From: Candidatus Marinacidobacterales bacterium
Lineage (GTDB): Bacteria; Acidobacteriota; Vicinamibacteria; Marinacidobacterales; SMYC01
NCBI GenBank assembly: GCA_965237955.1
Contig: OZ250169.1
Location: 1,760,001 to 1,824,000 of the forward strand
Length of the DNA: 64,000 nucleotides
Direction of reading: 5' to 3'
Of this stretch, positions 10,423 through 19,592 are shown one piece after another (the stretch's first letter is position 1; every line of letters begins with the position of its first letter). The notes below the pieces were generated by a model. That model saw only the letters and a list, made by a program, of their open reading frames with translations. It did no database searches and was not told where the DNA came from. A program made the position numbers and the translations under genes.

Positions 10423-10447
10423 TCTGCCATCGGCCAGAAGAAAAAGC

Positions 10448-10558
10448 TCAACGCAAAGGCGCAGAGTCGCAAAGGCGCAAAGTGAGCGCCCGCGTCATCA
10501 ACGATGCCCCTTTCCCCGCCGACCTTTGCGTCTTCGCGCCTTTGCGTCTTTGCGTTGA
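10448..10558. repeat. Inverted-repeat element with 8-nt periodic arms (CGCAAAGR)n / (CTTTGCGY)n
   Basis: Arms 10448-10482 and 10524-10558 are about 35-bp imperfect reverse complements. Confidence 0.85.
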
Positions 10559-10655
10559 AAGAATTGGGTTGCGGCGCTGCCGCGCTGTGCGTCAGTGCCT
10601 CCGTGGTTATAATTGATTATCGAGGGTTGCATGGTTGGAACGGAGCTGACTTCAC

Positions 10656-12068
10656 ATGGCGCAGGACGAAATCGGAACGGAAGCGAATCCTCTTCGAGTT
10701 GCCATCATTGGCGCGGGGCCGACGGGCTTTTATACGGCCGGGCACCTGTTCAAACAGAAAGATTACGTCGTCGAGGTCGATGTTTACGATCGGCTACCCA
10801 CGCCTTTCGGACTGGTGCGCGGCGGAGTGGCGCCGGACCATCAGAAGATCAAGTCGGTCACGAAGGCGTACGATCGCATTGCTTCGAACCCACGTTTCCG
10901 CTACTACGGCTTCGTCGAGTTCGGAATCGACGTGCACCTCGAGGATTTGAAAAAGCACTACCATCAGATCATCTTCACCGTCGGTGCTCAGATCGATCGC
11001 AGCATGGGGATTCCCGGTGAAGACTTGAAGCGGAGCCATGCGGCGACCGAGTTCGTCGCCTGGTACAACGGTCATCCCGACTATCGCGATCGCGAGTTCG
11101 ATCTTTCCCAGGAAGCTTGCGCGGTGGTCGGTGTCGGCAACGTCGCTGTGGACGTTTGCCGCATTCTCTGTCGCAGCCGGGGCGAGCTCGAGCAAACCGA
11201 CATTGCGGATTACGCGCTCGAAGCGATCGCCAATAGCAACGTGAAAACGGTCTATATGCTCGGACGCCGCGGTCCGGCGCAGGCAGCATTCACCAACCCC
11301 GAGATCAAAGAGCTAGGAGAAATGGAGGGCGCGGACATCCGGGTGCCGGAAAAAGATGCCGCTCTCGACGATGCCACCAGGAAGTTCATGGAGCAAAACC
11401 CCGACAAGGGTACCGATCGTAAAATCGAGATTCTTCAGCGCTACGCTTCCGAGAAGCGCACGGGAAAACCCAAGACGCTGGTGCTCCGCTTCTCGGTTTC
11501 CCCGGTCGAGCTCATCGCTCGAGAGGACGGTGGCGTGGGAGCCTTGAAACTCGTCGAGAACGATCTTTACTTGAACGAGCGCGGGACGATCCGTCCGCGC
11601 GCGAGCGATCGATACGAGGAAATTCCGGTGGGGCTCGTCTTTCGCTCCGTCGGCTACTACGGCGTCGCACTTCCGGGCGTTCCGTTCCGCGAGGACTGGG
11701 GTGTCGTTCCCAACGAGAAAGGGCGCGTGCTCGAGCGTCCTGATGAGCCCGAGAGCGCCGTCAAAGGCCTCTACTGCGCCGGCTGGATCAAGCGCGGGCC
11801 TTCCGGTGTCATTGGCACCAACAAGCCGGACGCACTCGAAACGGTCGAATGCATGCTGGAAGACGTCGGCAGGAGCGAGGTTTTCGATCCGGTCGCACCC
11901 GGCGTCGACGCGGCCCGAAACCTGGTCCGAGAGCGCAAACCGAACTATTTTTCCTACGATGATTGGAGAAAGCTCGACGCGCTCGAAATCGAGCGAGCCG
12001 GAGGCACGGGAGCTCCGAGAGTGAAGTTTACGTTGGTCGAAGAGATGCAGGCGGCGCTCGGACGTTGA
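10656..12068 (+). CDS. NADPH-ferredoxin/adrenodoxin reductase-type flavoprotein (FprA-like)
   Basis: GAGPTG FAD motif, PTPFGLVRGGVAPDH, GVGNVAVD, GWIKRGPSGVIGTN. Confidence 0.92.
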   Translation: MAQDEIGTEANPLRVAIIGAGPTGFYTAGHLFKQKDYVVEVDVYDRLPTPFGLVRGGVAPDHQKIKSVTKAYDRIASNPRFRYYGFVEFGIDVHLEDLKKHYHQIIFTVGAQIDRSMGIPGEDLKRSHAATEFVAWYNGHPDYRDREFDLSQEACAVVGVGNVAVDVCRILCRSRGELEQTDIADYALEAIANSNVKTVYMLGRRGPAQAAFTNPEIKELGEMEGADIRVPEKDAALDDATRKFMEQNPDKGTDRKIEILQRYASEKRTGKPKTLVLRFSVSPVELIAREDGGVGALKLVENDLYLNERGTIRPRASDRYEEIPVGLVFRSVGYYGVALPGVPFREDWGVVPNEKGRVLERPDEPESAVKGLYCAGWIKRGPSGVIGTNKPDALETVECMLEDVGRSEVFDPVAPGVDAARNLVRERKPNYFSYDDWRKLDALEIERAGGTGAPRVKFTLVEEMQAALGR

Positions 12069-13171
12069 TGCCGATACGAATGCTCACCAAGCCAACGTTC
12101 GTCGCTTTGCTGGTTGTTCTGGTGGTGATTGCATCTGCGTCGTGCTCGACGGAGACGAAGGCGCCGCCGAGTTATGGCGAGCTCGTCGAACAGCTGTCCG
12201 AAGAAGGCGGCTACTTCGATACCGACAACCTCATCTCGAACGAGACCGCGTACGTCCAAGTTGTCGAAGACCTCGAGCCCGCAGGTGGGCTCTACATCGG
12301 TGTCGGACCCGAACAGAACTTTCACTATATCGGCCGGCTGCGACCGTCGTGGGCGTTCATCGTGGACGTTCGCCGCGACAACATGCTGCACCACCTGCTG
12401 CTCAACGCGCTTCTCGCAAAGGCGGAGACGCCGCCGGACTACCTGTGTGAGCTGTTCTCTCGGAGCTGCGATATTCCTCTGGTGTTCGAGGACTTCGATG
12501 CGCTGGTCGCGGCAGTCGACGCCGCCACGCCCGACGAAAATCTCTATCGTAGGAACTTGAAGACCGTTTTCGACCACGTGGAGAATCACTTGGAGTTCCC
12601 TCTCAGCGACGACGACCGCCACGTTATCGAGCTCATCTACCGCGCGTACTTCGAAGAACAACTCGGCCTGCGGTTTCGAAGTCATGGTCGACGGCCGATG
12701 CCGCACCATCCGACGTACCGGCGCTTACTCACAGCCGAGGCCTCTGATGGCACTCTCGGCCACTTTCTCTCGCGCCCCGACGACTACGCGTTCGTGCGCG
12801 AGCTTGCCGACTCAGGCCGACTCGTGCCAGTAATAGGGGACTTTGCCGGCGAGCACGCGCTCCGTAGCATCGGACGTTTCGTCGAGGAGCAAGGCGAGAC
12901 GGTGACTGCGTTCTACGTTTCGAATGTGGAGTTCTATTTGATCAGACGCGGTGTCTTTCCAACCTACGTCGAGAACGTCCGGGCATTGCCGCTCACGAAT
13001 TCGGCCCAGTTCATTCGAGCCTACTTCAGTTACGGGTACCCTCACCCCGAAGCCCTTCCTGGACATCGCAGCACGCTCGTTCGCCAGAAAATGAATCGGT
13101 TCTTGGAGTTGTTCGACGATGGTGCTTTCCTCAACTATTGGGATGTGAGTACCTTGGACTACGAACCATGA
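12068..13171 (+). CDS. Hypothetical lipoprotein
   Basis: Signal peptide with ASASC; coupled to neighbours by stop/start overlaps; motifs GYFDTDNLISNE, YIGVGPEQNF, FYVSNVEFYL. Confidence 0.75.
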   Translation: MPIRMLTKPTFVALLVVLVVIASASCSTETKAPPSYGELVEQLSEEGGYFDTDNLISNETAYVQVVEDLEPAGGLYIGVGPEQNFHYIGRLRPSWAFIVDVRRDNMLHHLLLNALLAKAETPPDYLCELFSRSCDIPLVFEDFDALVAAVDAATPDENLYRRNLKTVFDHVENHLEFPLSDDDRHVIELIYRAYFEEQLGLRFRSHGRRPMPHHPTYRRLLTAEASDGTLGHFLSRPDDYAFVRELADSGRLVPVIGDFAGEHALRSIGRFVEEQGETVTAFYVSNVEFYLIRRGVFPTYVENVRALPLTNSAQFIRAYFSYGYPHPEALPGHRSTLVRQKMNRFLELFDDGAFLNYWDVSTLDYEP

Positions 13172-13605
13172 GCTCGCTCGAGTGGAAACGCATCCGCGTC
13201 GACTGGCAAGAGCTCCTCGATGCCTTCGACGATGGGTCTGCCGAACATCGTTATTACCTCGATCGCGAGACCGGTGCCGTCCACTTCTTTTCGGAGTATC
13301 TGGACAACGAAGATGAGGAGGAAGACGAGCGCGCCATCACCTCCGAGAAGCGCTATGTGCAAATCCCGCAAGCACGCCGCACGGTTTCGACCGACGAGCT
13401 CCGAGAGTTCATCGCGTCGCTTCAAGATGGGAGCGAGCGGAGGGTGTTGACGACGGCTCTCCGGGCTTCAGGTGGGTACCGACATTTCCGAGAGGCGGTC
13501 GATGCGTTGCCTGCGGTTCGCGAAGAATGGCAACAGTTTACCCACGAAAGCTTGAAGGAGCGCATCGAACAGTGGCTATCCGAGGTGAGCGTCGAGCCGC
13601 TCTAG
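13168..13605 (+). CDS. UPF0158-family protein
   Basis: YYLDRETG, RYVQIP, YRHFREAV; ATGA overlap. Confidence 0.82.
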   Translation: MSSLEWKRIRVDWQELLDAFDDGSAEHRYYLDRETGAVHFFSEYLDNEDEEEDERAITSEKRYVQIPQARRTVSTDELREFIASLQDGSERRVLTTALRASGGYRHFREAVDALPAVREEWQQFTHESLKERIEQWLSEVSVEPL

Positions 13606-14715
13606 CGCCCACGCTAGCTCTTCCCGGACACTTTCCGTTTCCTCGCGCTCGAGTCGCGACGCCAAGGGCTTTTTCGCGCGCGCGTCTCCGAGTTGCCCGA
13701 GCGCCCAGCCGGCGTGAGCTCGCACCAGAGGCTCTCCGTGAGCGAGCGCTTCGATGAGAGGCGGCACCGCGACAGGGTCGTCGCTATTGCCGAGCGCCAC
13801 CGCGACGTTGCGCAGAAATCCCGGATAGCGCGCTCTTCGAATCGCACTTCCTTTGGTGGCTGCGGTGAAGCTTTCATGGCTCATGCGAAGCATCGCGATG
13901 AGATCCATCGAGCCCAGCGGCTCCCTTGGGAAGAATGTCGCTTCTTCGCTTTTTTTCGCGAATCGATTCCATGGACAAACGTCCTGGCAATCGTCACAGC
14001 CATAAATGCGATCTCCGATGAGAGGCCGGAGCTCGCGCGGGATAGATCCTCGAAGCTCGATCGTCAGATACGATATGCACAGTCGGCTGTCGACCACGTA
14101 GGGCTCGACGATCGCCCGTGTCGGGCAGACGTCGATGCAGCGTGTGCACGTACCGCAGTGATCGCCTGTAGGTGCATCGACGGGAAGCTCGAGCGGTATC
14201 AGAATCTCACCGAGGAAGAACCACGAGCTCCCGTCTTGAGACAGCAAGTTCGAGTGCTTTCCCATCCATCCGAGGCCCGCGGCCACCGCGTACGATTTCT
14301 CGAGCACCGGCCCGGTATCGACGTAGAGTTTCGTCGTCACCTCGCACGTCGTTTCGATGAAATCAGCGACTTCTTTCAGCTTTGATTGCAGGACGAGATG
14401 GTAGTCGTCGCCCCTGGCGTAGCTCGAGATGACACCGTGCAGCGGGCGCGAGGGCGAGGGCGAGCTTGGTGGTCCTTGATAGTAGTTGAGGGCACAGCAC
14501 ACGAGCGTGTGGGCGTTCGCGAGGCTTCGGGCCGCATCCGTGCGGCGGCCGGGATCGCGATCCATCCAGCGCATCTCGCCGTGGTAGCCGCGACGAAGCC
14601 ATTCCTCGAGATGGGGAGCTTCCTCGTCCAAGCGTGCGCGGGTGAAGCCCACTTTTTCGAAACCCGCTGCATGCGCTTTGGCGGTGATAGCCTGTTTGAG
14701 CTCGGTGTCCGTCAT
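13576..14715 (-). CDS. queG: tRNA epoxyqueuosine(34) reductase QueG
   Basis: YARGDDYH, VDTGPVLE, CGTCTRCIDVCPT, GCDDCQDVCPWN, HEAT-repeat tail. Confidence 0.95.
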   Translation of the reverse strand: MTDTELKQAITAKAHAAGFEKVGFTRARLDEEAPHLEEWLRRGYHGEMRWMDRDPGRRTDAARSLANAHTLVCCALNYYQGPPSSPSPSRPLHGVISSYARGDDYHLVLQSKLKEVADFIETTCEVTTKLYVDTGPVLEKSYAVAAGLGWMGKHSNLLSQDGSSWFFLGEILIPLELPVDAPTGDHCGTCTRCIDVCPTRAIVEPYVVDSRLCISYLTIELRGSIPRELRPLIGDRIYGCDDCQDVCPWNRFAKKSEEATFFPREPLGSMDLIAMLRMSHESFTAATKGSAIRRARYPGFLRNVAVALGNSDDPVAVPPLIEALAHGEPLVRAHAGWALGQLGDARAKKPLASRLEREETESVREELAWALERLDAHLG

Positions 14716-14746
14716 CGCTTCAGGTTAGAATAGCGCGCTCATACCG

Positions 14747-14986
14747 ATGTTCAAGCTCGATAGCACCATCGCGACGCTGAACACGCTCGAGGTCGGCTCG
14801 CTCGACAAGATCGGCGAGCAGCTCGTCGCGGTGCGAGAGGAACTTGGCCGCCACAACCTCGAGGATTTGGTCGAGAAGGTGGACGCGTGCCGCACCGCGC
14901 TCGAAAGTGGCGAGCTCGAAGAGTTTCGACGCCTGCGCGAGACCATCGTAAGCCGCCTGGGGCATCTCCGCGTCAAGTTGCAATAA
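14747..14986 (+). CDS. Small helical hypothetical protein
   Basis: 79 aa with host-like codon usage, fills the gap. Confidence 0.65.
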   Translation: MFKLDSTIATLNTLEVGSLDKIGEQLVAVREELGRHNLEDLVEKVDACRTALESGELEEFRRLRETIVSRLGHLRVKLQ

Positions 14987-15005
14987 CCGGTAGGCCTGCC
15001 TGCTT

Positions 15006-15035
15006 TTGACACGTCGCCTCCGGGATTGGTATAGT
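15006..15035 (+). promoter_or_regulatory. sigma70-type promoter
   Basis: TTGACA-N18-TATAGT with extended -10 TG. Confidence 0.55.
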
Positions 15036-15081
15036 GCGCAGCTCCGGCGTTACTCCCGACCGCGTCGAAGAAGCTGACGGC

Positions 15082-16125
15082 ATGGGCTTTCAACTCCCGA
15101 ATCGACCGGCACCGTTGTCGGCGCGCGCGGAACCGCGCAACCCTCGCACCACCGCGGGCGATCTCTTCAAGACGGGACAGCTGTGCCAGCCCTTGCTGGA
15201 GCGGGTGAATCACGGTCGTGACCAGGTGGCGTTCGATTACCTTGCCAGAGAGACTTCGCTCGAAGTTCTCAACGACTGCATCCGGCGCATTCCAGATCAG
15301 CAGCTGACGGACTTCCTGATTGAGCACCTCCTGATGACGGCGTCGCTCCTGTCGTCGGAAGCGTTCACCGGAGTCGACGAGATTCGTGAAGAATTGAAAG
15401 AGCTGAGTCTCGGGGTCTCGGCGGACCCGAAGCAGGCGCGCGCGCTACGACCGTCGGGTCGAAAAGCTCGGGCAGTACTTTTTCGCCCTCGGGAGGCGGC
15501 TCCACCAACTCGAAGGGTCGATGGCCAATTGCCCGCTCACGGGAAGCGCGGAGCAGCTTCGAGGACTCTATGGCCAGCGCGTACGGGATCTCGCGGGCGA
15601 CGTTTCCCGTTGAAACGTGACGAGGCGCGAGCCGACGATGACGCCGAGTTTCTCGAAGGGCGTCTCGACGCCGTCGTAGACGAGCTCGGGCTCCGCTTGC
15701 GGGAAGTGCAGGACACGTTGAACGCGACTCTGTTCGAGCAGCTTGTCCTGATCGATGCGTCGCTGACGAGAAAGAAGCTTTTCCGGCGAGACCCGGGGAA
15801 CGTCGTCGACGTTGGGCGTCTTCTGGACTGGCTCGGCAACGCGTTGGATCGCGCCAAGGAGTTCGACGAGGGTCGACGTAGCGACCAGCTCGAGCGCGTC
15901 AAGACGCTTCTGCGCGAATTCACGCCCAAAGAATACCTGTCCTTTTCCGGGCTTCGAGATTCGGACCAGGCGCTGTTTTTGCGGTGCATCGAAGACCTGG
16001 AACGCTACCAGCTGAGCGCGGAGCCCGGCCAAGACGATCCCATCAAAGTGTTCTTGCTCTTGACCGGAGATTTCATCGCTGGGTTGCGTCGGCAGCACCG
16101 AGACTCCGAATCGGATATCGATTAG
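15082..16125 (+). CDS. Hypothetical protein, probably with two compensating frameshifts (~15445 and ~15607)
   Basis: Protein-like ends; the middle segment reads better in another frame ([20 protein letters not shown]). Confidence 0.55.
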   Translation: MGFQLPNRPAPLSARAEPRNPRTTAGDLFKTGQLCQPLLERVNHGRDQVAFDYLARETSLEVLNDCIRRIPDQQLTDFLIEHLLMTASLLSSEAFTGVDEIREELKELSLGVSADPKQARALRPSGRKARAVLFRPREAAPPTRRVDGQLPAHGKRGAASRTLWPARTGSRGRRFPLKRDEARADDDAEFLEGRLDAVVDELGLRLREVQDTLNATLFEQLVLIDASLTRKKLFRRDPGNVVDVGRLLDWLGNALDRAKEFDEGRRSDQLERVKTLLREFTPKEYLSFSGLRDSDQALFLRCIEDLERYQLSAEPGQDDPIKVFLLLTGDFIAGLRRQHRDSESDID

Positions 16126-16144
16126 AAACGAGCTACGGCCTCCC

Positions 16145-17332
16145 ATGTTCGATCAGCCTCGTGAGCTCTTCCGCGCCTCGCTGAGGGAAATCGAAGAGGC
16201 CGGCCTCGAAAAAAGCGAGCGGGTCATCGGCTCACGTCAAGGCGCGAGCATTTCGGTGGCCAGCGGCGAAGTCTTGAACTTCTGCGCCAACAACTACCTC
16301 GGCCTCTCGAGCGACCCCCAGATCCTCGAGGCGGCGCACCACGGTCTGGACGAGCGTGGGTTCGGGTTGTCATCGGTGCGATTCATCTGCGGTACGCAAG
16401 ATATTCATAAAGAGCTCGAAGGCAATATCTCGCGTTTCCTCGGCACCGACGACACCATCCTCTATAGCTCTTGCTTCGACGCCAACGGGGGTCTCTTCGA
16501 GACCATCCTTTCCGAGGACGACGCGATCATCAGTGATTCCCTCAACCACGCGAGCATCATCGACGGCGTACGCCTTTGTAAGGCGAAGCGTTTCCGCTAC
16601 CAAAACCGGGATATGAAGGACCTCGAAGCGAAGCTCGAGGAAGCGACCAGCGCCCGGCAGCGGATGATCGCGACCGATGGCGTCTTCAGTATGGACGGTA
16701 CCTACGCAACCCTCGCAGAAATTTGCGATTTGGCGGAGCGGTACAACGCGATGGTCATGGTCGACGACTCCCACGCAACCGGTTTCGTCGGCGAGACCGG
16801 ACGGGGTACTCCGGAGCTTTTCGGTGTGCAGGAGCGCGTCGACGTCGTCACGTCCACCCTTGGCAAAGCCCTCGGCGGTGCCGCGGGCGGATTCACATCG
16901 GGCCGCCAAGAGATCGTCGATTTGTTGCGGCAACGATCACGCCCTTATTTGTTCTCGAACTCTCTTGCTCCGGTCATCGTGTCCGCTGCCAACAAGGCTC
17001 TCACGATCCTCGAAACGAGCTCGGACCACCGAAAACGTTTGATGGACAACACCGAACACTTCCGAAGCGCGATGAAAGAGCGCGGCTTCGACGTCGTCGA
17101 GGGCACCCACCCTATTGTCCCCATCATGCTCGGCGACGCCCGCCTCGCCCGGGACATCGCCAAAGACATGCTCGACGAAGGGATCTACGTGATCGGCTTC
17201 AGTTTTCCGGTGGTTCCGAAAGGCCAGGCACGTATCCGGGTCCAGCTATCCGCTGCGCATACCCGCGAACACGTCGATCGTGCGATCGAGGCATTCACGA
17301 AGATCGGCAAGAAGCGCGGCGTGATCCGCTGA
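16145..17332 (+). CDS. kbl: Glycine C-acetyltransferase (2-amino-3-ketobutyrate CoA ligase)
   Basis: [47 protein letters not shown]. Confidence 0.96.
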   Translation: MFDQPRELFRASLREIEEAGLEKSERVIGSRQGASISVASGEVLNFCANNYLGLSSDPQILEAAHHGLDERGFGLSSVRFICGTQDIHKELEGNISRFLGTDDTILYSSCFDANGGLFETILSEDDAIISDSLNHASIIDGVRLCKAKRFRYQNRDMKDLEAKLEEATSARQRMIATDGVFSMDGTYATLAEICDLAERYNAMVMVDDSHATGFVGETGRGTPELFGVQERVDVVTSTLGKALGGAAGGFTSGRQEIVDLLRQRSRPYLFSNSLAPVIVSAANKALTILETSSDHRKRLMDNTEHFRSAMKERGFDVVEGTHPIVPIMLGDARLARDIAKDMLDEGIYVIGFSFPVVPKGQARIRVQLSAAHTREHVDRAIEAFTKIGKKRGVIR

Positions 17333-17446
17333 GTCGTCAATCGTCGCGAACGCTCGTTCCGTCGAGGGACCAGCGTGGGAAGCTGGCTGGTCCTTCCGTG
17401 AGCGGTGCCGTCCGGCAAGGAAAGCTGATGGCCGATGGCCGGATCG

Positions 17447-17488
17447 AAAAACGCCCCCTCCCCGCTGATGCAAGAAGGGGGCGTTTTT
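17447..17488. terminator. Bidirectional intrinsic terminator between kbl and dnaK
   Basis: AAAAACGCCCCCT...AGGGGGCGTTTTT. Confidence 0.85.
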
Positions 17489-17489
17489 C

Positions 17490-19400
17490 TTAATTGTTCA
17501 CTTCAGTATATTCGGCATCCACCACATCTTCATCATCAGTGGGCGAGCCGTTCGGCGCTTCCGCCGTCGTCTCGCTGGCCGCTTGCGTGTTCTGGTAGAG
17601 CTTTTCGGCCATGGCGTGGGACGCCTTGGTGAGGCGCTCTTCCGCCGCCTTCATGGCACTGAGGTCGCCGTCGCCGCTGTCGAGCTTCTCTTTGGCTTCG
17701 ACGAGAGCAGCTTCGACGTCGCTTACGATCGACGCATCCAAGTTGGACTTGTTCTCGTCGAGGCTCCGCTCGGTCGTGAAGATCGCGGTGTCGAGGTGGT
17801 TCTTGGCTTCCACCGCTTGGCGAAGCTTCTGATCCTCGACCCGGTTCGCTTCGGACTCCTTGACCATCCCGTCGATCTCTTCCTTGCTGAGACCGCTCGA
17901 GCTGGTGATGGTGATGCTCTGTTCTTTCCCGGTAGCCCGGTCCTTCGCGCTGACGTTCACGATGCCGTTGGCATCGATGTCGAAGGTGACCTCGATTTGA
18001 GGGACACCGCGCTGGGCGGGCGGGATTCCGACGAGCTCGAACTGCCCGAGGGTCCGGTTGTCTTTGGCCATCTCGCGCTCGCCCTGAAGGACGTGCACGC
18101 CGACGCTCGGCTGATTATCGGCCGCTGTCGAAAAGACCTCGCTCTTTTGAACGGGGATCGTGGTGTTGCGGTCGATCAGCTTCGTGAAGACGCCACCGAG
18201 GGTCTCGATCCCGAGCGACAGAGGTGTTACGTCGAGCAACAAGACGTTCTTGACGTCGCCCTGCAGGACGCCGGCCTGAATCGCCGCGCCGATCGAAACG
18301 ACCTCGTCCGGGTTGACGCCCTTGTGGGGTTCCTTCCCGAAGAGCTCTTGGACCATTTCCTGGACCTTTGGGATACGCGTCGAGCCACCGACGAGAACGA
18401 CTTCGTCGATTTTCGACGTGTCGATGTCGGCGTCCTTTAGCGCTCGCTTGCAAGGCTCGAGCGCCCGGTCGAACAAGTCGGCAACCAGTTGCTCGAATTT
18501 CGCTCGCGAGAGCTTCAGCTGTAGATGCTTCGGACCCGAGGCGTCTGCGGTCACGAACGGCAAGTTGATCTCGGTCTCGACGGACGTCGAGAGCTCGATC
18601 TTCGCGCGCTCTGCAGCTTCTTTCAGCCGCTGCAACGCCATCTTGTCGGCCGCGAGGTCGATGCCCTGGTCTTTCTTGAATTCCTGCACCATCCAATCGA
18701 TCACACGCTGGTCGAGATCGTCGCCACCGAGGTGGGTATCGCCACCCGTGGCCATGACCTCGATGACACCATCGCCGACTTCGAGGATGGAGATATCGAA
18801 CGTACCACCGCCGAAATCGAACACCGCGATGGTCTCTTCTTCTTTCTTGTCGAGCCCGTAGGCCAGTGCTGCGGCCGTCGGCTCGTTGATGATGCGCTGC
18901 ACGTTGAGCCCGGCGATCTTGCCGGCGTCTTTGGTCGCCTGTCGCTGAGCGTCGTTGAAGTACGCCGGGACCGTGATCACGGCGTCGGTCACTTTCTCGC
19001 CGAGATAGTCCTCGGCCGCCTGCTTGAGCTTTTCCAGCACGAGCGCGGAAATCTCAGGAGGCGAATAGCTCTTGGCCCCCGCCTTCACTCGGACATCGCC
19101 GTTTTTGCCGTTTTCGACCTCGAACGGCACCATCGAGATCTCGCCTTTGACCTCGTCGTAACGCCGTCCCATGAATCGCTTGATGGAGTACACGGTGTTC
19201 TCGGGGTTGGTGATCGCCTGGCGGCGAGCCACCTGTCCTATTAGTCGCTGTCCGTCCTTATTGAAGGCGACGACACTCGGAGTCACACGATCGCCCTCCG
19301 AGTTCACGATGACCTTCGGCTCGCCACCCTCGATAACTGAGACCACCGAGTTGGTGGTGCCGAGGTCGATTCCAATTGACTTGCCATTGTTCTGGCCCAT
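17490..19400 (-). CDS. dnaK: Chaperone DnaK (Hsp70)
   Basis: [38 protein letters not shown]. Confidence 0.99.
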   Translation of the reverse strand: MGQNNGKSIGIDLGTTNSVVSVIEGGEPKVIVNSEGDRVTPSVVAFNKDGQRLIGQVARRQAITNPENTVYSIKRFMGRRYDEVKGEISMVPFEVENGKNGDVRVKAGAKSYSPPEISALVLEKLKQAAEDYLGEKVTDAVITVPAYFNDAQRQATKDAGKIAGLNVQRIINEPTAAALAYGLDKKEEETIAVFDFGGGTFDISILEVGDGVIEVMATGGDTHLGGDDLDQRVIDWMVQEFKKDQGIDLAADKMALQRLKEAAERAKIELSTSVETEINLPFVTADASGPKHLQLKLSRAKFEQLVADLFDRALEPCKRALKDADIDTSKIDEVVLVGGSTRIPKVQEMVQELFGKEPHKGVNPDEVVSIGAAIQAGVLQGDVKNVLLLDVTPLSLGIETLGGVFTKLIDRNTTIPVQKSEVFSTAADNQPSVGVHVLQGEREMAKDNRTLGQFELVGIPPAQRGVPQIEVTFDIDANGIVNVSAKDRATGKEQSITITSSSGLSKEEIDGMVKESEANRVEDQKLRQAVEAKNHLDTAIFTTERSLDENKSNLDASIVSDVEAALVEAKEKLDSGDGDLSAMKAAEERLTKASHAMAEKLYQNTQAASETTAEAPNGSPTDDEDVVDAEYTEVNN

Positions 19401-19470
19401 GTGTCGCCACTCCTCTCTAAACTGTTGTTAAATCGTGGGTTGAGCAAACTCAGCACCACGCTACGGAAGT

Positions 19471-19499
19471 AGTATACAGGAACCACGGGCACGAGTCAA
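19471..19499 (-). promoter_or_regulatory. sigma70 promoter for dnaK
   Basis: Minus strand TTGACT-N17-TATACT. Confidence 0.75.
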
Positions 19500-19528
19500 C
19501 AAAAACGAGTGCTACAGCATTAAATAAC

Positions 19529-19557
19529 TTGACATATCTAGACTAACATATTAGTCT
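19529..19557 (+). promoter_or_regulatory. sigma70 promoter for clpB with overlapping palindrome
   Basis: TTGACA-N17-TAGTCT; AGACTAA-cata-TTAGTCT at 19540-19557. Confidence 0.7.
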
Positions 19558-19592
19558 TACTCGACCTCGATTAGGGAGAGATCGTAGAACCT

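Noticed and set aside
19490-19515. CIRCE element
   Set aside because: Only the right half (GAGTGCTA) is present; no TTAGCACTC at 9-nt spacing
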